NCBI GenBank assembly: GCA_964531385.1
Contig: CAZHGC010000005.1
Span: 4,953 to 68,952 of the forward strand
Direction of reading: 5' to 3'
Source of the DNA: an uncultured Lachnospiraceae bacterium
GTDB lineage: Bacteria > Bacillota > Clostridia > Lachnospirales > CAG-274
DNA: 64,000 nt
A program made the position numbers and the translations under genes. This document shows positions 9,546 through 18,161 of the stretch, piece after piece. Positions within the stretch are counted from its first letter, which is position 1; every line of letters begins with the position of its first letter. The notes under the pieces are model-generated. The model was not told the origin of the DNA and searched no databases. It worked only from the letters and a program-made list of their open reading frames with translations.

Positions 9546-9759
9546 AATTAACAAAAAATAAAAATATGTCTTTATTTTTAATAATTTTATGATATAATAT
9601 TATTAGGGGTTACAGTTTATTTGACATATTGTACATATTTTTTCTGCAAATTGTTTTTTTAGGTTTATAAATTTGTAATATATTTAAAAACGTAATTTGA
9701 TTTGTATGTTGATTTTGTTAAATAGTTTTAATCTTTAGATATTTGGAAGGGGTGCTTTT

Positions 9760-10797
9760 ATGGATAAGCCATTGATACTTGTTGTTGATGACAGCGAGTT
9801 TAACAGAAAAGTTCTTGTTGATGTTTTGAAAGATGAATATGATACGATAGAGGCAGAGAATGGTGTTAAAGCTTTGGACATTATAAATAAAAACCCGGCA
9901 ACTATATCTTTGGTTCTTCTTGACATACTTATGCCGGAAATGACAGGACTTGAAGTTTTACAAACTCTTAATGATGCGGGAATTTCTTCACTTATTCCGG
10001 TTATTCTTATTACGGCGGCAGATGCAGAAGAAGAGTATGGTCTTAATCTTGGTGCGGTTGATTTTATTACAAAGCCGTTTGACCCAAATGTTGTTAAAAC
10101 TCGTGTTAAAAATCATATGAGAATTAAGAATACAAGGGATATGCTTGAAGAGCTTGTTTCTTTTAATATGAACCGAAGCGAAAACGTTTTGGACGCAACT
10201 ATTGAGATGCTTGCGAATGTTATTGAGTTTAGAAGTTTTGAGAATTTTAAAAATTATGACAAAATTAAAAAAATTACAAAAATTCTTATTGACAAAATGT
10301 TGGAACTTGATATATACAGCAGAGAAATTAACGAAATTGGCGGTAATTTTATTTTGGCTTCAGCACCTCTTTGCGATTTGGGAAAAATTTTTGTTCCCGA
10401 ATATATCTTATTTAAAAACGGAGAACTTACAAAAGAAGAGTATGAAATTGTTAAGAAGCACACAATAAACGGTTCTAAACTTGTTAAAAAGTGTTTGAAA
10501 TCTATTTCTGAAAAATATGTTAAATGTTGTGAGGACGTTTGCTTAAATCATCACGAGAATTGGAACGGAACGGGTTATCCTTACGGTATTTCCGGAACAC
10601 AAATTCCTGTTTCGGCAAGAATTGTTGCAATTACCGATGTTTTTGATGCACTTGTTACAGGTCGTCCATATAGAAAAGCATTCAGCAGGGCAGAGGCTAT
10701 TAAAATTATTGGTGATAGTGCGGGAAGAGAATTTGACCCAACTTTGGTTGATGTTTTTGTTAAAGTTGCGGATAAAATTTGCGAAGTTTATGAATAA
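9760..10797 (+). CDS. Response regulator: CheY-like receiver plus HD-GYP-type domain (partly degenerate)
   Basis: Receiver VVDDSEFN...LLDILMPEM...K. The C-terminal HHENWNGTGYP and DVFDALVTGRPYR are HD-GYP hallmarks, but the HD dyad reads CDLGK. Confidence 0.85.
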   Translation: MDKPLILVVDDSEFNRKVLVDVLKDEYDTIEAENGVKALDIINKNPATISLVLLDILMPEMTGLEVLQTLNDAGISSLIPVILITAADAEEEYGLNLGAVDFITKPFDPNVVKTRVKNHMRIKNTRDMLEELVSFNMNRSENVLDATIEMLANVIEFRSFENFKNYDKIKKITKILIDKMLELDIYSREINEIGGNFILASAPLCDLGKIFVPEYILFKNGELTKEEYEIVKKHTINGSKLVKKCLKSISEKYVKCCEDVCLNHHENWNGTGYPYGISGTQIPVSARIVAITDVFDALVTGRPYRKAFSRAEAIKIIGDSAGREFDPTLVDVFVKVADKICEVYE

Positions 10798-10816
10798 TTG
10801 ATTTTTATGGAAATTT

Positions 10817-10856
10817 AAAAGGCTGTTTTCAAGATTTTTGAAAACAGCCTTTTTTG
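10817..10856. terminator. Bidirectional Rho-independent terminator
   Basis: GGCTGTTTTC...GAAAACAGCC flanked by an A-run and a T-run, between convergent genes. Confidence 0.8.
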
Positions 10857-10876
10857 TTTGAAAAACTTTATATATT

Positions 10877-12565
10877 TTAAAGCGATGACGAGAGAGTTTT
10901 TTTATTTTGCTTTTTTTTCAATTCATTTTTTAATGTTACTATTTCGTTTGCAACTTTGAACGCTTCTTCTATTGTTTTGAAAAAACGGTCTGCTCCGATT
11001 GATTCGGTTATACCTATTTTTTCGATTACTTTTTTTGGTTGTGGTTGAAGCTCGGCAAAAAGTATCATTATATGATTTTTTCTTGTATAATCGAGAATTT
11101 GCTGGAGAGAATCGACCAATGTTCCGTCTATAAGAGGAACATTTTGCATTCTTAAAATTAAGATATCGGATTTTACATTTAATGATTTCATTGTGTCGAC
11201 GAATTTTGTTGAAGCTCCGAAAAACATTGGACCGGCAATTTCATATACAAGGATTTCTTTATTTATGTATTTATGCGTGTCGCTTTCGCTGATTTTTGAA
11301 ACAGTGTTTATTTTTAATGCGTTTGCCATTTTTCTTATGAAGAGGAACATTGCAAGAACCATTCCTATTTCTATGGCTATTACCAAATCGAAAATTACTG
11401 TTAAAGCGAATGTTAATAATAATGTACTGAAATCGCTTTTTGTTGTTTTTTTGATTTGAACAAACGCTCCAAAGTCACACATATTAAACGAAACAACGAT
11501 GAGTATTGCGGCAAGCGTTGACATTGGAATTAATTTTGCAAGGGGCATTGCAACAAGCATTATTACAAGAAGTACAATTGCATGGATTATTCCGGCAACG
11601 GGAGTTCTTCCGCCGTTTTTTATGTTTGCAGCTGTTCTTGCAATTGCACCGGTTGCGGGAAGCCCACCAAATAATCCGCTTGCAATATTTGCAACGCCTT
11701 GTGCAATTAATTCTGTGTTTGAGTCGTGTTTATCGCCTGTCATACCATCGGCAACAACAGCCGAAAGAAGAGACTCAATTCCTGCCAAAATGGCTATTGT
11801 GAATGCTGAGGGCAATAGTTCCATTATCATTGAAAAACTTGGCATTGAGAAACTTGGCATTGGAAATTCAGAACTTATTTCGCCAAATTTTTTGCCTATT
11901 GTCATAACCGGTAAATCAAAGAAATAGACCAATAGAGTTGTTACGATTAGGGCAATTAATGGACCCGGAATTCTTTTGCTGACTTTTTGCCAAAGTATTA
12001 TTATTGCTATTGCGAGCAACCCTATTAAAAGGGACGTATAATTAATTGTGCTGATATTATCTATATATGAACCCCATTTTGGAATAAATTCGGAGGGAAC
12101 ATTTTCTATATTAAGTTCGAGCAAATCTTTTAATTGGGTTGAAAAAAGAGTTACGGCTATTCCTGTTGTGAAGCCGACTGTTATTGGATATGGAATAAAT
12201 TTAATTACATCGCCGAATTTTAAAATTCCGAATATAATTAATATTATTCCGGCCATTATTGTTGCGGTTATTAAGCCTTCAATTTTATATTGGGCAATTA
12301 TTCCACATACAATTACAACAAAGGCAGCTGTTGGGCCACCTATTTGGACACGACTTCCACCCAAAAAGGAAATTAAAAAGCCGGCAACGATTGCGGTTAT
12401 CATACCTTGTTCCGGACTTACGCCGGAAGAAATTGCAAGTGCTATTGAAAGGGGAAGGGCAACTATTGCAACTATAATTCCTGCAATTATGTTGTTTAAT
12501 AAAGATTTTCCTTTCAATTCATCGGGGGAATTTTTCATAATTGAAAATAATTTTGGTTTAAACAA
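10877..12565 (-). CDS. SulP-family anion transporter with C-terminal STAS domain
   Basis: 562 aa. Polytopic core with SulP-like GGPTAAF and GIARTAAN segments and a soluble STAS-like tail. TTG start follows an AGAGGT RBS. Confidence 0.9.
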   Translation of the reverse strand: MFKPKLFSIMKNSPDELKGKSLLNNIIAGIIVAIVALPLSIALAISSGVSPEQGMITAIVAGFLISFLGGSRVQIGGPTAAFVVIVCGIIAQYKIEGLITATIMAGIILIIFGILKFGDVIKFIPYPITVGFTTGIAVTLFSTQLKDLLELNIENVPSEFIPKWGSYIDNISTINYTSLLIGLLAIAIIILWQKVSKRIPGPLIALIVTTLLVYFFDLPVMTIGKKFGEISSEFPMPSFSMPSFSMIMELLPSAFTIAILAGIESLLSAVVADGMTGDKHDSNTELIAQGVANIASGLFGGLPATGAIARTAANIKNGGRTPVAGIIHAIVLLVIMLVAMPLAKLIPMSTLAAILIVVSFNMCDFGAFVQIKKTTKSDFSTLLLTFALTVIFDLVIAIEIGMVLAMFLFIRKMANALKINTVSKISESDTHKYINKEILVYEIAGPMFFGASTKFVDTMKSLNVKSDILILRMQNVPLIDGTLVDSLQQILDYTRKNHIMILFAELQPQPKKVIEKIGITESIGADRFFKTIEEAFKVANEIVTLKNELKKKQNKKTLSSSL

Positions 12566-12769
12566 TTTTTATACCTCTTTTCATTTAATTGGAGTGGCTG
12601 AAAAAACAGTTAATTGATTGCTTACGAGTTTTTACATTGATTATACAATTAATTAACATAAATTTTACACACCAATGTTTATATTAATTAAATTGTCGAA
12701 ATTAGTCAATATTATTTTTGCATAAAAATTGTCTGTATATTTTACATTTTTCTATAAATAATTGCAAGA

Positions 12770-13645
12770 TTATAAATCCCATAAATTTAATTGAACTTGA
12801 TTGCTTTTTTCTTCAAAAGTTGTTAGATAATTGAATATTTGGTTATTATCGTAAATTATGCTGTTTTCTTGGCATTTATTGTGGAAAAGTTTCATTAAAT
12901 CATTATTATTTGGGCTTGTCAATATGTATTGATTTGCATATGTTTTTATATATTTTTCCTTTAAAGTTGGAAAAAAGCGGTCTAAATTTTTATAGAAATA
13001 TTCACGATTTCCCTCTCTCAAAGTTACTCCCATTTCGAAACAAATTATACCATATACTTTTGCTTGGATACACATATCTAAAATTCCAGAAATGTTTTCC
13101 TTTGTGTCATTTATGAACGGCAATATCGGAGAGAGCCAAACAATGGTTGGTATTCCTGCTTTATTTAATTGTTTTAAGGCTTCGAAGCGTTCTTTTGTTG
13201 TTGAGACGTTTGGTTCAATTTTTTTACACAAATCTTCGTCATAAGTTGTTAGTGTCATTTGAACAACACATTTTGTGCGTTCGTTTATTTTTTTTAATAA
13301 ATCTATATCACGTAAAACTCGATTTGATTTTGTTATTAATGTTATTCCAAATCCGTATTTGTATATTAAATTCAATGATTTTTGAACGCTTTTTATTTCT
13401 TCTTCCAACGGGATATAGGGGTCGGTCATTGCACCTGTTCCTATCATACATTTTTTTCGTTTTTTCTTTAATGCAATTTCTAAAAGTTCAATTGCGTTTT
13501 CTTTAATTTCTATATCTTCAAAGTTGTGATTCATATTATAGCATTTACTTCGAGAATCGCAGTATATGCAACCATGCGAGCAACCTCGATATAAATTCAT
13601 TCCGTTTTTTGAGGATAATATTCCTTTTGCTTTGACGAAGTGCAT
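12770..13645 (-). CDS. Radical SAM protein, SPL/SplB-like (COG1533-type)
   Basis: CSHGCIYC (CxxxCxxC) near the N-terminus. 291 aa. AAGGAG RBS. Confidence 0.8.
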   Translation of the reverse strand: MHFVKAKGILSSKNGMNLYRGCSHGCIYCDSRSKCYNMNHNFEDIEIKENAIELLEIALKKKRKKCMIGTGAMTDPYIPLEEEIKSVQKSLNLIYKYGFGITLITKSNRVLRDIDLLKKINERTKCVVQMTLTTYDEDLCKKIEPNVSTTKERFEALKQLNKAGIPTIVWLSPILPFINDTKENISGILDMCIQAKVYGIICFEMGVTLREGNREYFYKNLDRFFPTLKEKYIKTYANQYILTSPNNNDLMKLFHNKCQENSIIYDNNQIFNYLTTFEEKSNQVQLNLWDL

Positions 13646-13726
13646 TTTTTTCTCCTTTTTGTAAATATCTATTATTTTAACGATTTGTTTTGAACGTGTG
13701 AGAGGGGTATTTTGAAAAATTTAATA

Positions 13727-13762
13727 TTAAAAAGGGGAGTGAATTTTTATTTTCACACCCCC
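13727..13762 (-). terminator. Rho-independent terminator after spoVT
   Basis: Minus strand GGGGGTGTGAA...TTCACTCCCC followed by TTTTT. Confidence 0.7.
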
Positions 13763-13783
13763 GTTAAGCTTTTATACAGTGCA

Positions 13784-14329
13784 TTATTGTTCCATTTGCT
13801 TTCCCAAAAAGCCGGAAGCTGTTTGAGCAAGCTTTTGTTCAATTTCTCCCATTTTTTTGTTGTCGGAAAGCATAACAACAGCCCCCAAAACATCGCCTTC
13901 TGAAATGATTGGCGTAATAAGTTCATGGTTATAAACAGATTCGTTATCGTCTTCCAAAATCGGAACGAAATTTTTTTCTGTCCTTTCTGCAATGTGTGTA
14001 CTTCTTGCGTTGATAACTTTTTCAAGTTCGCCGGAAATGTGTTTTTCCATAAATTCTTTTTTTGCTCCGCCGGAAACAGCGATAATTTGGTCTTTATCAA
14101 CTATGCAAGTTATATGTCCCGCATTTTGTGCAAGACTTTCTGCATATTCTTTTGCAAATGCACCAAGTTCGCCAATTGGAGAATATTTTTTTAAAATTAT
14201 TTCTCCCTCTCGGTCGGTAAATATTTCAAGCGGGTCGCCTTCTCTTATTCTTAATGTTCTTCTTATTTCTTTTGGGATAACAACTCTTCCCAAATCATCT
14301 ATTCTTCTGACAATACCTGTCGCTTTCAA
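13784..14329 (-). CDS. spoVT: Stage V sporulation protein T (AbrB-family regulator with GAF-like domain)
   Basis: The N-terminus MKATGIVRRIDDLGRVVIPKEIRRTLRIREGDPLEIF is near-identical to B. subtilis SpoVT, and the C-terminal FLGKQMEQ is also matched. AGGAGG RBS, TTG start. Confidence 0.95.
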   Translation of the reverse strand: MKATGIVRRIDDLGRVVIPKEIRRTLRIREGDPLEIFTDREGEIILKKYSPIGELGAFAKEYAESLAQNAGHITCIVDKDQIIAVSGGAKKEFMEKHISGELEKVINARSTHIAERTEKNFVPILEDDNESVYNHELITPIISEGDVLGAVVMLSDNKKMGEIEQKLAQTASGFLGKQMEQ

Positions 14330-14435
14330 AAATATTACCTCCTAAAATTTAAGAATGTATGTCTATTATTTCTTTTATAAGAATTTTTATACTATTTTGT
14401 AAAGAAATAATATATGGGAAAAACAACTTTAAATT

Positions 14436-15293
14436 TTAGTTGAAGAGCATATTTATTATATAGTCGTTTTTTATTTGCAAATTGTTATGAAATTTTATGC
14501 AAGCGGTTTTGTTTGACGATTTTTTGTAGTATGAAACAATTATTTTTTTTGTGTTGCCGAAATAATTTGATATATTTGTGCATAGAGCATCTTTTGCTTT
14601 TATATTTTTGAAACAGATTTCTTGAATTTGGATATTTTGTTCATTCCAAACAAAGGCATATGACAGGAGTTCGTTTTTTTCATTATAAAGGCAGAAACAA
14701 GCACCGTCCAAATTGTTAAACATATTTATTTGAGTTTCCCAATAATTTTTTGAACGAATAATATAGTCTGTGTTTAAAGATTTCAGAAAATCCGAATATA
14801 AGATATCCATATTTTGTATATCTGATTTATCAGCTTTTTTTAAAATAAAATTTGAATATTTTTTTTGCTGAGGAGGATTTTCTAAATTAAAATACTCTTC
14901 GATTGATGAAGATGTTGGAATGTAGTTGAAGTTTTTGTAAAATTCAAATAAAGTGTTGTTTTCCGGTATGAGAATTGAAATGTTTATTCCTCTTTTTTTA
15001 TCATTTGAAAAAGATTGGTTTAATAATTTTGTCATTATGCCTTTTTTTCTGTGGTTTGGGTGGGTGCAAGCACCGTATATATAGGTTGTTTTTCCCGAAT
15101 TTTTAAAATTGAAATTGAGTTCTTGAAGCATTGAATAAATTATTCCGTTTTTTGTGTAAATAAGCGTTTTCTCCGGCGAGAAAATGTTTTTGAAATACCA
15201 TTTTGAAAATTCAGGAGAGTTTGGAAAACATAAATTCCATAGGTTTATAATTTCTTTGGTATTTTCGTTTGTTGCATAAAGAATTTCTGACAT
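14436..15293 (-). CDS. GNAT-family N-acetyltransferase with C-terminal extension
   Basis: HRKKGIMTKLL acetyl-CoA-binding-type motif. 285 aa. AAGGAG RBS. Confidence 0.7.
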   Translation of the reverse strand: MSEILYATNENTKEIINLWNLCFPNSPEFSKWYFKNIFSPEKTLIYTKNGIIYSMLQELNFNFKNSGKTTYIYGACTHPNHRKKGIMTKLLNQSFSNDKKRGINISILIPENNTLFEFYKNFNYIPTSSSIEEYFNLENPPQQKKYSNFILKKADKSDIQNMDILYSDFLKSLNTDYIIRSKNYWETQINMFNNLDGACFCLYNEKNELLSYAFVWNEQNIQIQEICFKNIKAKDALCTNISNYFGNTKKIIVSYYKKSSNKTACIKFHNNLQIKNDYIINMLFN

Positions 15294-15344
15294 AGTTTGC
15301 TCCTTTATAAAAATTTGTTAAAGCAACGCAAATGGTTTGAACAA

Positions 15345-16259
15345 TTAAAGAGTTGTGTTGTTATTTTTTAGCATTACGTTATAATTTTTGCTTAACATAA
15401 CAGGTTTATATGATAATTTTACTTTTCGCAAACCTTCTATGTCCAAATCTTCTTCTCGGTTCACATATTTTATATTTTTGAAATTTCTTTTTGCAAATTC
15501 GTTGTTTATCATTTGATAGGCACCGTTTATTGTATGTTCTGCTTTTTCTATTTGAATTGTGAATGTATCGTTTGAGCTTTGGCTTGCAATTGTGAAAGCA
15601 ATTATATTTCCGTCCAAACGAAGAACGCCACCTTTTAAATCGAGTTTTTCATAATTTTTCAGAGCAAGAGCTATTGCTGATGTTTCCAGAAAAATTTCGT
15701 TATCATCATTTTCACGATATTTTGCACACCAATTTAAATGATATTGAAAAACTTCTTGAATATTATCTTTTGTGATATTTTCGTAAGACCAGCGATTTTC
15801 ATAATTTTGCTTAAATCGATTTATAAAATTTCTTTTGGAATGAAATTTTTTTCCTTTTAAATTTATTAAATCATCGGCAAGATAAATATAATTGGCGTAT
15901 TCTCTAAATTCTTCAAAAATGAACATATTTGGCATTTCTGTTTCAATTTGATTTTTTATTTTTTCGGGAACAGATGTTAATATAAACGGAATTTCAAGTT
16001 TTTTTGAATCGTTTATAATTAAATTTAATGCCTCTTTTAAACTGCTTTTGCCTATTGGAACAAAATATAATTCGTTCCATTCGGCTTGTGCATCAACTCG
16101 CATAAACAATGTATCGTTTTGTATGCAATATGATGTTGGGTAGGTGTGCTGCCAAATGAATAGGTCTGTAAAACAATAGTCGCACAGAAAAAAGTTTTCG
16201 CTTTTTAAAAATTGGTCAATTATATTTTTATCAGCTATTGTTATTTTTTTAAATTGCAA
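15345..16259 (-). CDS. DUF2156 protein (stand-alone MprF C-terminal-like, GNAT-fold transferase domain)
   Basis: 304 aa. The N-terminal pattern ...LCDYCFTDLFIWQH... is typical of DUF2156/COG4866 proteins. TTG start follows an AAAGGA RBS. Confidence 0.65.
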   Translation of the reverse strand: MQFKKITIADKNIIDQFLKSENFFLCDYCFTDLFIWQHTYPTSYCIQNDTLFMRVDAQAEWNELYFVPIGKSSLKEALNLIINDSKKLEIPFILTSVPEKIKNQIETEMPNMFIFEEFREYANYIYLADDLINLKGKKFHSKRNFINRFKQNYENRWSYENITKDNIQEVFQYHLNWCAKYRENDDNEIFLETSAIALALKNYEKLDLKGGVLRLDGNIIAFTIASQSSNDTFTIQIEKAEHTINGAYQMINNEFAKRNFKNIKYVNREEDLDIEGLRKVKLSYKPVMLSKNYNVMLKNNNTTL

Positions 16260-16264
16260 AATAA

Positions 16265-17236
16265 TTATCCTTTCTGATTTGTAGATTTTCTTATATTCAC
16301 TATAAGTATTCCTAAACTAACCAAAAATAATGCTCCGAAAGTTTTCAAATCAAATATATCTTCGCCTAAAAGTATTCCGGAGAGAATTACCCCGAAAATT
16401 GGATTTAAAAAGCCATATATTGAAATTTTGCCAACAAAATTGTATTTTAAAAGCTCTGCCCAAAGCGAAAAAGCTATTGCTGACAAAAGCGAAAGATACA
16501 ATAAAATTAATAATGGATAGTATGTTTCAATATTTGAAAATGCAAAATTTGGAATTGACAATTTGCCACCTGTTAATGCACCGACAATAATTAAAATTAA
16601 TCCGCCAAAGCCAAGCTGATAGCCTGTTAACATTGCAGGGTCGGAATTCTTTGATATAAATTTTGTTATTATTGAACCGGAAGCAAAAGAGAGGGCAGCC
16701 AAAATCATAAAGCCTTCGCCTGTTAGAGAAAAGCTCATATCTAAGCCTTCGCCTGTTAGATTACACAAAATTACACCACCAAAGCCAAGCAAACAGCCTA
16801 TAATCTTTTTTAATGTCAGTTTATCATTTTTTAAAAAAATGTGTGCAAGTATTACAGCAAAAAAGTTTCCTATTGAATTGATGATTGATCCTTTTACACC
16901 AGAAAGGCTGGTTAAGCTTATATAAAAAAGTATGTATTGCAATGCGGTTTGCGTTGCTCCCAACAATGCTATTCCGGGAATTTCTTTTTTATTCGGAATT
17001 ACTATTTTTTTTAACATAACAGACCTAAAAATTATTGTTAGAGCACCGGCAAGAAAAAAACGGGAACCGGCGAATAACATTTGTGACGGTGTATCGGAGA
17101 TATTAAATGCGGTGTAACCTATTTTTATTACGGGAATTGCACTTCCCCACAATGCTGTACAAAGAACGGCTATTAAAATTATATTAACCGGTCGTTTGAA
17201 AAAATTGTTTTCATTTGAAGTTTTTGTAGTATTCAT
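16265..17236 (-). CDS. DMT-superfamily (EamA-like) transporter
   Basis: 323 aa with about 10 TM helices in a duplicated EamA-type arrangement. Confidence 0.8.
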   Translation of the reverse strand: MNTTKTSNENNFFKRPVNIILIAVLCTALWGSAIPVIKIGYTAFNISDTPSQMLFAGSRFFLAGALTIIFRSVMLKKIVIPNKKEIPGIALLGATQTALQYILFYISLTSLSGVKGSIINSIGNFFAVILAHIFLKNDKLTLKKIIGCLLGFGGVILCNLTGEGLDMSFSLTGEGFMILAALSFASGSIITKFISKNSDPAMLTGYQLGFGGLILIIVGALTGGKLSIPNFAFSNIETYYPLLILLYLSLLSAIAFSLWAELLKYNFVGKISIYGFLNPIFGVILSGILLGEDIFDLKTFGALFLVSLGILIVNIRKSTNQKG

Positions 17237-17489
17237 TTCTTTTCCTCGCTATACAATATTTTTAATTAACATTATACAATTTTTATTAAAAATAGACAAG
17301 TCGTTTTTTTCAAAATTATATAATTATTGATTTGGAAAAAATGTTTTGAAGTTTGTTATTATGTTAATCTTAAAATTTTTATTTTAGAATATTTTTTTTA
17401 TTTTAGAGAAAAATAATTTTAACTGTATAAAAGCAGTTGCAGAATGTTATGGAGATTTGATTAATATAGAATTGGGAGGACTTAAACTT

Positions 17490-18083
17490 ATGGAAACAAG
17501 TTTTGAAAAAAGTTGTACAAGGGAAAATCTTATGCGAGCATTTGCCGGAGAAAGTCAGGCAAGAAACAGATATACTTTTGCTGCTCAAAAAGCAAAAGAA
17601 GAAAAGCTTCACGTTATTGAAACAATTTTTACATTTACGGCACATCAAGAAAGGTCTCACGCAAAAGTTTTTTATGATTTTTTAAAAGAGGAGGCAGGTA
17701 AAAACATAAATGTTGACGGAAATTATCCTGTTGATATTTATGAGAAAATTCCAGACCTTTTGAGGGCGGCTCAGCATAATGAATATCAAGAATTTGAAAA
17801 TGATTATAAAAACTTTGCTCAAATTGCAAATGAAGAGGGGTTTGTTGGAATTTCGAAAATTTTTAATATGATTGCAGAAGTTGAAAAAACACATGGAGAG
17901 AGATTTGGATATTTTGCAGACCTTTTGGAACAAGGAAAACTCTTTGTTTCAGATGTTGAAACAACGTGGGTTTGTCTTAATTGCGGGCATATTTATAAAG
18001 GTAAAGAGGCTTTGGCGATGTGTCCGATTTGCAAGCACGACAGAGGATTCTTTATAAGGCTTGAATTGTCGCCGTTTAAATAA
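17490..18083 (+). CDS. rbr: Rubrerythrin
   Basis: ENLMRAFAGESQARNRY diiron ferritin-like domain plus a C-terminal rubredoxin-type CxxC...CxxC (CLNCG...CPICK). ATG 17490 follows GGAGGA. Confidence 0.9.
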   Translation: METSFEKSCTRENLMRAFAGESQARNRYTFAAQKAKEEKLHVIETIFTFTAHQERSHAKVFYDFLKEEAGKNINVDGNYPVDIYEKIPDLLRAAQHNEYQEFENDYKNFAQIANEEGFVGISKIFNMIAEVEKTHGERFGYFADLLEQGKLFVSDVETTWVCLNCGHIYKGKEALAMCPICKHDRGFFIRLELSPFK

Positions 18084-18109
18084 TTGACATTTTTTTATTT
18101 GCGGTTTAT

Positions 18110-18155
18110 AAAAAAATGGGTGTGAAGTTGGAAATTTTCACACCCACGTTTTTAT
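18110..18155. terminator. Bidirectional terminator between rbr and the VanW-family gene
   Basis: GGGTGTGAA...TTCACACCC flanked by an A-run and a T-run. Confidence 0.8.
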
Positions 18156-18161
18156 ATTGTT

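Noticed and set aside
11818-11850. Tandem 15-nt duplication encoding MPSFS-MPSFS in the SulP gene
   Set aside because: It is a real repeat but a trivial in-frame duplication in a loop region with no evident functional implication.
12048-12617. 189-aa plus-strand ORF, plus the 142-aa, 98-aa and 88-aa ORFs at 11193-11927
   Set aside because: All are antisense shadows of the SulP transporter gene, which has clear family motifs. None has an RBS.
13753-14345. 115-aa minus-strand and 89-/117-aa plus-strand ORFs around spoVT
   Set aside because: They overlap the near-canonical SpoVT coding frame, which explains the region fully.
17311-17330. Possible PerR/Fur-type box (ATATAATTATTGATT) upstream of rubrerythrin
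   Set aside because: Only one half-site approaches the TTATAAT-N-ATTATAA consensus, which is too weak in an AT-rich spacer to report as a feature.
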